Source of the DNA: Rhizobium sp. Q54
GTDB lineage: Bacteria; Pseudomonadota; Alphaproteobacteria; Rickettsiales; UBA1997
Reading direction: 5' to 3'
DNA length: 64,000 nt
Assembly (NCBI GenBank): GCA_945875865.1
Contig: CAMCMF010000001.1
Location: 1,395 to 65,394 of the forward strand
Below the pieces are notes generated by a model. That model was not told the DNA's origin, did not search any database, and saw only the letters and a list, made by a program, of their open reading frames with translations. The stretch's first letter is position 1; each line of letters opens with the position of its first letter. Positions 37,526 through 45,528 of the stretch are shown here, piece after piece. The position numbers were made by a program, and so were the translations under genes.

Positions 37526-38780
37526 TTTCTCTCTTAAAAATTTCATTAAAACTCTCACCGGTTTCAAAAAGAATCGCGTCTTTACCAGTTAAATTTTGCC
37601 ACCTTTTTACGATTACGTCGACATATTTCTGATCGAGTTCAATCATTCTGCATCTTCGGTTGGTCTGCTCGGAGGCGATAAGCGTTGAGCCGGAGCCGCC
37701 AAAACAATCCAAAATAATATCGTCAGTTTTACTTGAGTTGAGAATGGCGCGCTTGCAAAGCTCAACTGGCTTCATTGTTGGATGGAGGTCGCTTTTTGTT
37801 GGTTTGTTGTAGTACCAAACATCACCTTGATTGCGGTCGCCACACCAATAATGATCATTACTTTGCTTCCATCCGTAGAGGATTGGTTCGTATTGCCGTT
37901 GATAATCTGATCGGCCAAGCGTGAAATGATTCTTTGCCCAGATGATGAAAGTTGACCATTTGCCGCCGGCATCAATGAAAGATTTTTGCAAAGTGTGAAG
38001 CTCCGAGGAACTCATGCAAACATAACATGCACCCTTGGTGACCTCTAAAGCGTTTTTGCAGAAATCAAAAAGGAACTTTCCAAAATTTTCGCCAAGATTG
38101 TCGTTGAGGATTTTTGCGTTATTGCCTCTGGCTTTGTCTTTCATGGTGTTGCCGTAATCCACGTTGTAAGGTGGATCAGTGAAAAGCATGTCGGCAAGCT
38201 CTTCGCCAAGAAGTGTTTGGTAAGTTTCTGTTTTACAGGAATCGCCGCAAATCAATTTGTGCTTTCCAAGCAGCCAAACATCTCCTGATTTTGAGATTGG
38301 TTTTTCTGTGGCTTCAGGAATTTCTTCTGTTTCTTGCTCTTCGTTTTTGTCATAAAGATTGGCAAAAATCTTTTCGAGTTCTTGATCTTCAAAGCCAATC
38401 AAATCGAGGTTAAAATCCTCATTTTTTAAATCCGCCAATTCGCTTGCCAAAATTTCTTCATCCCATCCGGCATTTTCTGCGAGTTTGTTGTCGGCGATGA
38501 TGTAGGCTTTTTTTTGCGTTTCACTTAGGTGATCGAGAACAACAACCGGAACTTCTTTTAAGCCAAGTTTCTTTGCTGCCATCAATCTTCCGTGGCCGGC
38601 AATAATTCCTTTTTCACCATCAATCAAAACTGGGTTGGTAAATCCAAATTCGATTATGCTGGCAGCAATTTGCGCAACTTGCGCTTCCGAGTGCAGCCGT
38701 GCATTTTTGCTGTAAGGAATCAATTCATCGACTTTTTTAAGCTCGATGTGATCCGCCATTTTTGGTGCAAAATCATCCAT
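37506..38780 (-). CDS. ParB-like nuclease domain fused to beta-class N6A/N4C DNA methyltransferase
   Basis: Start set at ATG 38780, just after the stops of both upstream frames. ParBc signature: LIPYSKNARLH...IIAGHGRLMAAKKLG. MTase motif IV is TDPPYNVDY and motif I is ILDCFGGSGST (IV before I). Confidence 0.85.
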   Translation of the reverse strand: MDDFAPKMADHIELKKVDELIPYSKNARLHSEAQVAQIAASIIEFGFTNPVLIDGEKGIIAGHGRLMAAKKLGLKEVPVVVLDHLSETQKKAYIIADNKLAENAGWDEEILASELADLKNEDFNLDLIGFEDQELEKIFANLYDKNEEQETEEIPEATEKPISKSGDVWLLGKHKLICGDSCKTETYQTLLGEELADMLFTDPPYNVDYGNTMKDKARGNNAKILNDNLGENFGKFLFDFCKNALEVTKGACYVCMSSSELHTLQKSFIDAGGKWSTFIIWAKNHFTLGRSDYQRQYEPILYGWKQSNDHYWCGDRNQGDVWYYNKPTKSDLHPTMKPVELCKRAILNSSKTDDIILDCFGGSGSTLIASEQTNRRCRMIELDQKYVDVIVKRWQNLTGKDAILFETGESFNEIFKRENDGKSE

Positions 38781-38781
38781 A

Positions 38782-40005
38782 TCAGTTAATTGTTTTTTGT
38801 AAGACACATTCCATTCGTAAGAGTTCGCCACGCATACGCTGCAACCAGTGGAACCACTCCGTTTCCGCAAGCTCGAATTCTGTCCACGCGATCGGCCATC
38901 CCATCAGCCATTCGGTGAAGCGCGGGTTTAAGGTGATTTGGGACTCTGTTCCATCCTTCATGATCTGAGGGGCTTGGCGGCCAAGCAGGGAGTTCACCGG
39001 AACATTGGCATTGGCGGTGTCTTTCCAATCTCTCGTTGTTGGGGTTGCCCAGTTCGCTATCATCACTTCCAGCCTTTGCTTCGGATTTCCCGCTTCCACT
39101 TCTTTGCTGCTCGCACCATTTGCAGAAGAAGTTCTGACAGTTGGCCAGGTCTGTTTTGTTTGGTAAGGCAAACCCTGATTCATGTTTTGCAGGTCTTCCT
39201 TGCTCTTCGGAAAATTCACAGGTTGCAAAATCGTTTCCGCCAGCGATGGATTCCTTAACGTGTTGCGACCATCTTTCCTGATCATCTTTTCCGGCGGTCT
39301 TGCTTTCATTACTGAAGCATCGGTCACTGTTATTGTCGGCCATGCTTCCTGAGCAACAATTCTCAGCGGTTTGTGCAAATTGATTCCTTCCATTTTCTTC
39401 TCTTGCGCTCTTTCTTTCCAGCGCTGTGGCGTTTCTGTCTCGTTGCAAAGATGATCCGAAACTATCACTGTAGGCCAGGATAAAAAGTCTTTCTCTTTGG
39501 TGAGGAGCACCAACTTCCTGCGCTGTAAACAAGCCTGCCTTAATTTTGTAACCCAGTTGTCGTAGGTCATTTGCGACTTCTTCAAATCCAACTCGTAAAT
39601 GGTTGGAGACATTTTCAAAGAAGCAGATTGGTGGCTGGATTTCTTTGATGAGTCTTTTGATGTCGGGCCAGAGATGTCTTGGGTCTTTATCTCCAAGTTT
39701 TTTTCCAGCAACACTAAACGGCTGGCAGGGATATCCGCCAGTGATACAATCCACTTTTCCACGCCAAGGTCTGCCATCGAAGGTTTTAAGATTCGTCCAA
39801 ATAGGCGCTGCATCCAATCTTTTTTCTTCCATGCGGCGAGCCAAGATTTCGCACGCAAAGGCTTCGATCTCGACATAACAAACTGTTCGAGAAGTTGGCT
39901 CTGCGAGTTTAAATCCAAGCTCGATTCCGCCAACTCCTGAGCAGAGGGATAAAATTCTGAAGGGATGTAAATCCACACGTAATCTTTCGTAAAAATTTCA
40001 CGCAA
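38782..40005 (-). CDS. alternative-frame ORF co-extensive with dcm (frame B): W-P-T repeat protein with LNPRFTEWLMGWP..W motif
   Basis: 407-codon ORF offset 1 nt from dcm. Four spaced modules (SWPTVIVSD, AWPTITVTD, TWPTVRTSS, NWATPTTRDWKD), then NVPVNSLLGRQ and LNPRFTEWLMGWPIAWTE. The first ATG is at codon 44, and the nominal TTG start lies in a terminator U-tract. Coding status is unproven. Confidence 0.4.
   Translation of the reverse strand: MREIFTKDYVWIYIPSEFYPSAQELAESSLDLNSQSQLLEQFVMSRSKPLRAKSWLAAWKKKDWMQRLFGRILKPSMADLGVEKWIVSLADIPASRLVLLEKNLEIKTQDISGPTSKDSSKKSSHQSASLKMSPTIYELDLKKSQMTYDNWVTKLRQACLQRRKLVLLTKEKDFLSWPTVIVSDHLCNETETPQRWKERAQEKKMEGINLHKPLRIVAQEAWPTITVTDASVMKARPPEKMIRKDGRNTLRNPSLAETILQPVNFPKSKEDLQNMNQGLPYQTKQTWPTVRTSSANGASSKEVEAGNPKQRLEVMIANWATPTTRDWKDTANANVPVNSLLGRQAPQIMKDGTESQITLNPRFTEWLMGWPIAWTEFELAETEWFHWLQRMRGELLRMECVLQKTIN
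38786..39976 (-). CDS. dcm: DNA (cytosine-5)-methyltransferase (frame A of dual-frame locus)
   Basis: Motifs: I LCSGVGG, IV GGYPCQPFS, VI FFENV, VIII QRERLFILA, C-terminal DRVDRIRACGNGVVPLVAAYAW. GTG start. The middle ~160 aa is low-complexity. Confidence 0.85.
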   Translation of the reverse strand: MDLHPFRILSLCSGVGGIELGFKLAEPTSRTVCYVEIEAFACEILARRMEEKRLDAAPIWTNLKTFDGRPWRGKVDCITGGYPCQPFSVAGKKLGDKDPRHLWPDIKRLIKEIQPPICFFENVSNHLRVGFEEVANDLRQLGYKIKAGLFTAQEVGAPHQRERLFILAYSDSFGSSLQRDRNATALERKSAREENGRNQFAQTAENCCSGSMADNNSDRCFSNESKTAGKDDQERWSQHVKESIAGGNDFATCEFSEEQGRPAKHESGFALPNKTDLANCQNFFCKWCEQQRSGSGKSEAKAGSDDSELGNPNNERLERHRQCQCSGELPAWPPSPSDHEGWNRVPNHLKPALHRMADGMADRVDRIRACGNGVVPLVAAYAWRTLTNGMCLTKNN

Positions 40006-40041
40006 AAAAAATGCGCACCTAAATTGCTTCAGGTGCGCACC
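40004..40041 (-). terminator. intrinsic terminator-like hairpin directly upstream of the methylase locus
   Basis: Minus strand reads AGGTGCGCA-(10-nt loop)-TGCGCACCT followed by T8. Stem arms at 40012..40020 and 40031..40039. Confidence 0.55.
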
Positions 40042-40073
40042 TTGCGAATGCTGTTATTTATTGGTTCTAACTT

Positions 40074-40102
40074 AAAAATGCGCACCAAGTGCGCACCCTT
40101 TT
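40074..40102. terminator. bidirectional terminator-like hairpin sharing the TGCGCAC stem
   Basis: TGCGCAC-CAA-GTGCGCA (40079..40095), flanked by A5 on one side and CCCTTTT on the other. Confidence 0.5.
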
Positions 40103-40160
40103 AAAAATTCTGTCGGTAGAAAAGGCCTGGGGTCGCGCGTTACCCGCGAAAAAAAGTGCG

Positions 40161-40751
40161 TCACAGTACCTTTTGATTTAATAGCTCGCTCACATTGCCC
40201 TTTAGCTGCGCATCAAAGCGGTCTTTTACTGTGTTTGTTGTTATCTCAATCATATCCAATCTCTTGTCGATGTCAGCGCTCTTACGCAAGAAGAAGAGGA
40301 TTTTAAATTCCTTACCTTTGCGTTGTGCAATAGCCTCTGCACCTGATTTTGTTTTAATTTTAAATGCGTCTCCCGCGAGATAAGACGATGGACTGTTTGA
40401 ATCTGTTCTCTTCTTTACTTGACTGATTGCTTGATAAGAGGGGATTGCAAGCCGTCCATCTTTTGCTTGTTTAACACCTCCTGTTTGTTGTAATGCTGCG
40501 AAGGCAGCCATTGTGTAAACTTCAGAGGTTAATTTTGTTTTTGTTGCTGGCTTGATGCGGATGCTACTTTCAAAGCCACCAGACTTTTTTCTGATAAAGA
40601 ATTTTTCTTTGATGCTTTTTCTAACTTCCTGCTGACTTTGCTGCGCTACTTGTGTCAGCGTCTTTGCAACTGCGAAGGGGATATGCTTTGATGCAATAGC
40701 GGCAAGTTCCTCACTTGCCTTGCTCTTAATTTGAAGGCTGATGATTGCCAT
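40161..40751 (-). CDS. hypothetical phage protein
   Basis: 196-aa ORF, no motif recognised. Confidence 0.45.
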   Translation of the reverse strand: MAIISLQIKSKASEELAAIASKHIPFAVAKTLTQVAQQSQQEVRKSIKEKFFIRKKSGGFESSIRIKPATKTKLTSEVYTMAAFAALQQTGGVKQAKDGRLAIPSYQAISQVKKRTDSNSPSSYLAGDAFKIKTKSGAEAIAQRKGKEFKILFFLRKSADIDKRLDMIEITTNTVKDRFDAQLKGNVSELLNQKVL

Positions 40752-40858
40752 TTTTTAAGTGAATTTTTTCAGACACACTTTTCGACTATTGCAAAGCATT
40801 AACCCCGATTTTGTCTCAAATGTCTAACGCTTTTTTGTCTCATGGTGAACAAACTAGT

Positions 40859-41281
40859 TCAGTCTAGTTGTGTTGTAATCAGTCGTATAGAATTTTTCCA
40901 TTTTCGATTGGCGGTTGCTCGTGAGATGCCAAATTCACCACACACCAATTTCCACGGAGTTCTTGCTGCGCGAAGCCAGACAATTTTACGCTCTTCGACT
41001 TCTTTCAAAAACAAAATCCACTGACAAACTTTTTCCATTCTTGAAATTGCTTCTGGTGTTGCCGGCCATTTCTTTGGTCTTTGATCCATGCGAATAATTT
41101 CTATTTCGCTGTAAACCACTTGAGGCCAGCTTGTGAAATAATCGCGCAGCTTTGCTGATGGTAGTTTCTTGATGGTTCTGATTGCTTCTTCAAAGGCAGC
41201 GACAACCAATTCTTCAGTCCAGATTTTTTCTTTATTTTGCATGTTTTTCTCCATTTTTATTTTTGTAAATTTTGTCACCAA
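40859..41281 (-). CDS. putative transcriptional regulator (C-terminal sigma70-region-4/LuxR-like HTH)
   Basis: The C-terminus (WKLVCGEFGISRATANRKWKNSIRLI) looks like an HTH. Start uncertain; internal Met10 and Met14 are alternatives. Confidence 0.4.
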   Translation of the reverse strand: MVTKFTKIKMEKNMQNKEKIWTEELVVAAFEEAIRTIKKLPSAKLRDYFTSWPQVVYSEIEIIRMDQRPKKWPATPEAISRMEKVCQWILFLKEVEERKIVWLRAARTPWKLVCGEFGISRATANRKWKNSIRLITTQLD

Positions 41282-41444
41282 TCTGCTTGATTAGTTCTTT
41301 CTCAGGCCAGCTCAGTCTTTCATCATCAACTTTGACGACCAAAATTCCGTCATTGTTGAAAGCTTCGCGTTTGATTTTCTCAGCATCAATTTGCTTTGGT
41401 TGCATGCGTCCAAGATTGCATTTCAAAGGGTTTTTGCTGGTCAT
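41232..41444 (-). CDS. small hypothetical protein
   Basis: 70-aa ORF coupled to the RuvC-like gene. Confidence 0.35.
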   Translation of the reverse strand: MTSKNPLKCNLGRMQPKQIDAEKIKREAFNNDGILVVKVDDERLSWPEKELIKQIGDKIYKNKNGEKHAK

Positions 41445-41914
41445 AACAAACCTCCTTCATTCATCACCAAATGCAGGAGTGCCAACGCATCTGCTTCGTT
41501 GTCATCTTTAGGATTAAATCCGAGCTTCTTTACCGCTTCGATAACCACTTCTTTTTTGCTATTTCCATTGCCAGTAATGTGCTTTTTTATCGCTTTGACT
41601 GGAATGCCCAGATAAGGAATTTTTGGATTTTTTTCTTCACACCATCCTGTTAAATAGGCTAAAAATCCTCCATAGGCATGCGATGCATCAACTCCCAAAT
41701 GCCTTCTCACTTCTTCAAAATAAACTAGATCAATGCCGCCTGTGAGTTGATTAATTTCTCCAAGCCATTTCTGAAAACGCAGATAACGCATTCCACCGCC
41801 TTCAAATCTGCTTGGTTTGAATTCGATAGTGCCGCTGGTAATTTGATTTTGCGATTTGATTGCCCATCCGGTTTTTGTTCCGAGATCGAGAGCTAAAATT
41901 TTTTTGTTGTTCAT
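41441..41914 (-). CDS. RuvC-like Holliday junction resolvase (phage type)
   Basis: The N-terminus KILALDLGTKTGWAI (first catalytic Asp), an acidic residue in YFEEV, and a C-terminal DDNEADALALL are typical of the RNase H-fold resolvase. Confidence 0.6.
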   Translation of the reverse strand: MNNKKILALDLGTKTGWAIKSQNQITSGTIEFKPSRFEGGGMRYLRFQKWLGEINQLTGGIDLVYFEEVRRHLGVDASHAYGGFLAYLTGWCEEKNPKIPYLGIPVKAIKKHITGNGNSKKEVVIEAVKKLGFNPKDDNEADALALLHLVMNEGGLL

Positions 41915-41939
41915 TGGTTCCTCATTTGTTGTTTAGAAA

Positions 41940-42299
41940 TCTGAGGAGATAACCGAAGCTGATCACCTCCATATATACTTGGAGGGTTATTACCCTCCAT
42001 AGTATATGGAGGGGGTGCAGTTACTATTTTTAGAAAAAGCCAGCGAAGATAAGCAGGTAAAGAGTTGAGACGCTCCAAAACATAAATTTTTTTCTGTAAA
42101 TATTTTAAAATTTTGGATTCTTGGCAAATCCCTTGCCACATAAGGTTCTGGAGAGATTTTATCGTTCTTTTATTTTTTAGTTTTGGATTCTTGGTGGATT
42201 CTTGAACGGATTCTTGGCGATTGGCTTGTGAGTAAGTTCCATCGCTTAGAATTTGGATTTTTAGATTCTTAATTTTTTTGATTTGGATTCTTGAAATTT
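41940..42299. repeat. putative phage replication origin: two CCTCCA/TGGAGG hairpins plus five GGATTCTTG iterons
   Basis: Hairpins at 41966..41985 and 41993..42013 (9-bp perfect stem). Perfect GGATTCTTG copies at 42115, 42185, 42196, 42208 and 42285 (three of them at 11-12-nt phasing), plus degenerate copies at about 42255 and 42264. Lies immediately 3' of the primase-helicase gene. Confidence 0.6.
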
Positions 42300-44414
42300 T
42301 CATTGCGAAACCTCCTCATTTTGCAAAATCCAGATGGAAGGATTTTCAACGGGAAGGACGGCTCCAGTATTTGGACATTTAAAGTGAGTAGGAAAAACAG
42401 GAATCATCTGCTCATCTTTTTTGAACATCATGCCTTCAACACAGATAACGCCGTATTTTGACTTAACTTTCTGTAGTGAAAATTCAGAGAGATTGCGATT
42501 GAATTTGATGTAGCCTTTGGTGGCTAAGACAGAAATTCTATCATCAATGGTTGTTTTGCAGCCCAAGCCTGCTTCATTTTCAAATTTTTCAGAGAATTGA
42601 TTTCCTACATAAACATTTCCTTTAAGTGCCTCGTCAGCGATGAGTTGTAAAATAACATCAGCTTTACGATCTCTTTCGGCATCTAATTTTTGACCATAAT
42701 TTTGCTGAATAATTCTTTCTGAAAAAGGACTTAACTCGGTCCATGTCCCTTCGAATTTTTCGATGATTTTTTTTGGAATAGCAGTGCCATTTCTTAGCTC
42801 AAAATAAAGATTAATCTTTGAATCAAGCTCGTTCGGGCGGTGTAATATTAGACCGCTGGTGTAAAAACTTCTTAAACTTCCGGCGCCAGAAAATGCTTGA
42901 AATGGATCGTCTTCCAAATCCTTCTTTTTTATTTTTTTGGTGTGGTGACAAAGAATAATGCCCATGTCTGGATTGAGCATTGATCTCAATTTCTCAACTC
43001 TGTTTTGCAGGAAAAACAGCATCGCATTATTGTCGTTCTCACCACCATTATCATTTCCGCCGTCAAAAACATTTCGGATTGGATCAATACAAAGTATGTC
43101 AGGTGGTTGGTCAGGAAAATAATGCCTTATTGTTCGGTAAGCCGCATCAACACCTTGATCATTCAAAATCATCTGAATCCGTGATGTGACAATCAGATTT
43201 TGTGAAGATCTAAAAATTGTATCTTTGCTGATATTTAGCTTCTTTATGCGTTCACGGACATAGTGATAACTGATTTCTGCCTGAAGATAAAAAATTCTGA
43301 GAGGTCTTGGCGGTTTTAGCCCTAGAAAACTTTCACCAGCAGCAAGATGAATAAGAAAATTGATTAGAAAGTCGCTTTTACCGACTTTTGGTGCGCCACC
43401 AATTAGCAACATTCCAGATGGAGTCAAAAGCCTTGGAGTTATCAAATCATCCGGCATCGGACTATTGTCAGAGAGAAAGTCACTGATTGAATAGCTTGGT
43501 AATTTTGAATCGACTCCTTTTGCAGTTTCAAGAAAGTGATGAATGTTGAAGTTCTCTTTTACAGCATCTGCACCATCCCATTTTTCTGGTTTCTCTTTTG
43601 CAGGATTTGCGATTGATACAAATGAAGCCACCTTAACCAAATGTTGTGCAACTTTCTGCGCGTATTCTTTTCCAGCTTCGTCATTGTCTGGCCAGATGAT
43701 TACTTCTTTGCCAATTAGTGGTGACCAATCAGTTTTATTGATTGGAGCGTTTGCGCCAAACATTGCGGTTGTGGCGGTAAGACCATAAGCAATTAAACTG
43801 TCAGCGGATTTTTCACCTTCGACAAGAATGATTTTTTTAGCAGTAGTAATTGCTGGGATATTGTAAAGCGGCCGTGGATCAGGTGATTTAGCTTTTCTGT
43901 TTTTTACATCCCAGACTCTGAATTCCTTTCCATCTTCGGTATCATAGCGATAAACGCAGGCAATCAGCTTATTGCTTTTGTCAAAATAATCCCATTTTGC
44001 CGTTGGTTTTCCAAGATCATCAGTAAAGTTACGCTTAACTGTTTTTTGCTGAATTTCAGGAGGTATTGGACTGCCAAGCCACTGACTGATTTCTAAAAGC
44101 AGTTTGTTAAATTCTGACTTGTGATAACCTCTGACTTCTTCCCATAAAGCAAAAATATCGCCGCCTTGGTTTGTTGCAAAGTCAAACCAGTGACCTTGTT
44201 TTTCACCAGCAAGTTGAACGATTAAACTTTTCCCCGCTTCACCTTTAATACTGCCAATATGAAAGCAGCTATTTTTGATGTGACCGCTTGGAAGAAGATA
44301 AAACAAAACATCTTCAATTCTGCTTAAAAGTGCCTGCCTGATTAGCTCAACATCAACTCTTTCTTTTTCTTTTGGTTGGTTGTTGGCATCGTTAAAATCG
44401 AGAGTGTGATTCAT
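42300..44414 (-). CDS. bifunctional primase-helicase (TOPRIM + RepA/DnaB-like P-loop ATPase)
   Basis: Start at Met13 (ATGA overlap with the upstream stop). TOPRIM motifs: IILVEGEKSADSL and IIWPDNDEAGKEYA. Walker A: LIGGAPKVGKSDF. Confidence 0.85.
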   Translation of the reverse strand: MNHTLDFNDANNQPKEKERVDVELIRQALLSRIEDVLFYLLPSGHIKNSCFHIGSIKGEAGKSLIVQLAGEKQGHWFDFATNQGGDIFALWEEVRGYHKSEFNKLLLEISQWLGSPIPPEIQQKTVKRNFTDDLGKPTAKWDYFDKSNKLIACVYRYDTEDGKEFRVWDVKNRKAKSPDPRPLYNIPAITTAKKIILVEGEKSADSLIAYGLTATTAMFGANAPINKTDWSPLIGKEVIIWPDNDEAGKEYAQKVAQHLVKVASFVSIANPAKEKPEKWDGADAVKENFNIHHFLETAKGVDSKLPSYSISDFLSDNSPMPDDLITPRLLTPSGMLLIGGAPKVGKSDFLINFLIHLAAGESFLGLKPPRPLRIFYLQAEISYHYVRERIKKLNISKDTIFRSSQNLIVTSRIQMILNDQGVDAAYRTIRHYFPDQPPDILCIDPIRNVFDGGNDNGGENDNNAMLFFLQNRVEKLRSMLNPDMGIILCHHTKKIKKKDLEDDPFQAFSGAGSLRSFYTSGLILHRPNELDSKINLYFELRNGTAIPKKIIEKFEGTWTELSPFSERIIQQNYGQKLDAERDRKADVILQLIADEALKGNVYVGNQFSEKFENEAGLGCKTTIDDRISVLATKGYIKFNRNLSEFSLQKVKSKYGVICVEGMMFKKDEQMIPVFPTHFKCPNTGAVLPVENPSIWILQNEEVSQ

Positions 44415-45169
44415 AATTTTAACCCCCAGCAACGTTGCTGCCACGGACAAAATTTACACTCAAAGTGCGTTGAATCAGTTGCGATTCTTGGCAGCAATTC
44501 GTGAGCTTCTGTGGCGCATAAAATTTTTACTGCTTTGTCGCTGGTTTTTTGTGCGAGCTCTTGATCAAAGTCGATTAGTTCAAAATGAATTTCGGCGGTG
44601 TCTTTGTTGATTGCAGTAAAGAGCGCAGGATTTTTACAAATGCCTTCGATCTGGTTTTCCATGTAAGCCTGATAGATTGCGACCTGAGCGGCATAGATTG
44701 GCTTAGAAACAGCGAGACCTTTTTTAACAACGTCTTTCCATGATTTATCATTAAGCGATTTGCATTCCCAAAGCATCGGGAATTTGAAATCCAAATCTTC
44801 AGGGGCATCAATAATAACGCCGTCAATATGACCTTTAACTTTTCCGCCTGCGACAGCAAATCCGAACTGATTTCCGTTTTGTTTTTGAGTGATAAGGTTA
44901 ATGCCAGCAAGCCTTAACCATTTGATCATCAACTCTTCAAAAACATGTCCGGCTTGAAAAATTTTTAAAGTTCTGCCAGTGAAATTTTGATCTTCATCTT
45001 TTGGCGTGTCAGTATATTCAAACTGCAAAGCGCGGTTACATGAAACGCCAAGACGAGATGCGCCAAGATAATCTCTGGAGGTTTGTTTTGAATGTTCTGA
45101 CGTTAAGGCCTTGTCAATCAGCAGATTTATTTTATCAGAAAGTTTTGGTCGGTGATTAAAATCTAGCAT
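44411..45169 (-). CDS. PD-(D/E)xK exonuclease (YqaJ/Cas4-like, C-terminal Cys cluster)
   Basis: GHIDGVI...MLWECKS (D...ExK) and C-terminal CKFCPWQQRC. Confidence 0.65.
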   Translation of the reverse strand: MLDFNHRPKLSDKINLLIDKALTSEHSKQTSRDYLGASRLGVSCNRALQFEYTDTPKDEDQNFTGRTLKIFQAGHVFEELMIKWLRLAGINLITQKQNGNQFGFAVAGGKVKGHIDGVIIDAPEDLDFKFPMLWECKSLNDKSWKDVVKKGLAVSKPIYAAQVAIYQAYMENQIEGICKNPALFTAINKDTAEIHFELIDFDQELAQKTSDKAVKILCATEAHELLPRIATDSTHFECKFCPWQQRCWGLKL

Positions 45170-45528
45170 GGCACCTCCGACATTTCTGATTCAGATTCTT
45201 TGCCTTGCATAAAGTCGAAATAAGCACCAAGCGCCACTTCAATTAAGCATAAAACTTCTTCTCTTGAATAACTTGAGAGTGGGCGATCCATGCCGATTTC
45301 TGCCACATATTCACCGACTGGTTTTAATGCAGATTCAATGGCTTCTTTTTCGTTTTTGGTTAGGTCTATCATATTTTTTTCTTTGTAAATTTTGCTAAAA
45401 ATTTCCTGACAATTCATCGAGCAGAAATGCTTATGTCTCTTGCGATTATTTGGATTGCTGGCGCGCAGCGGTGGTGGAATAAAACCAAATCCGCGTGATT
45501 CTCTTTTGCAGATGGCGCAAATTTTCAT
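45163..45528 (-). CDS. hypothetical protein with N-terminal Cys4 zinc-ribbon-like motif
   Basis: CAICKRE...CSMNC. 121 aa. Confidence 0.4.
   Translation of the reverse strand: MKICAICKRESRGFGFIPPPLRASNPNNRKRHKHFCSMNCQEIFSKIYKEKNMIDLTKNEKEAIESALKPVGEYVAEIGMDRPLSSYSREEVLCLIEVALGAYFDFMQGKESESEMSEVPC

Noticed and set aside
38938-39940. Three plus-strand ORFs (106, 113, 91 aa) antisense to the methylase locus
   Set aside because: They show no motifs. They were taken as a symptom of the stop-codon depletion of this locus and used as supporting context for the dual-frame finding, not as genes.
39877-40005. TTG start at 40005 for the frame-B ORF
   Set aside because: The TTG lies within the U-tract of the upstream terminator hairpin and upstream of the dcm start. 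If frame B is translated, it more likely initiates at an internal ATG (the first is codon 44, at 39876) or is entered by frameshifting.
42115-42293. Short direct repeats as a CRISPR array
   Set aside because: The repeat unit is only 9 bp with 2-3-nt or irregular spacers, and there are no cas genes. This fits iterons.
41911-42303. 130-aa minus-strand ORF between the RuvC-like and primase-helicase genes
   Set aside because: Its sequence is dictated by the GGATTCTTG iterons, hairpins and an A/T-rich tract. The product is low-complexity K/Q/I-rich. Interpreted as a non-coding origin region.
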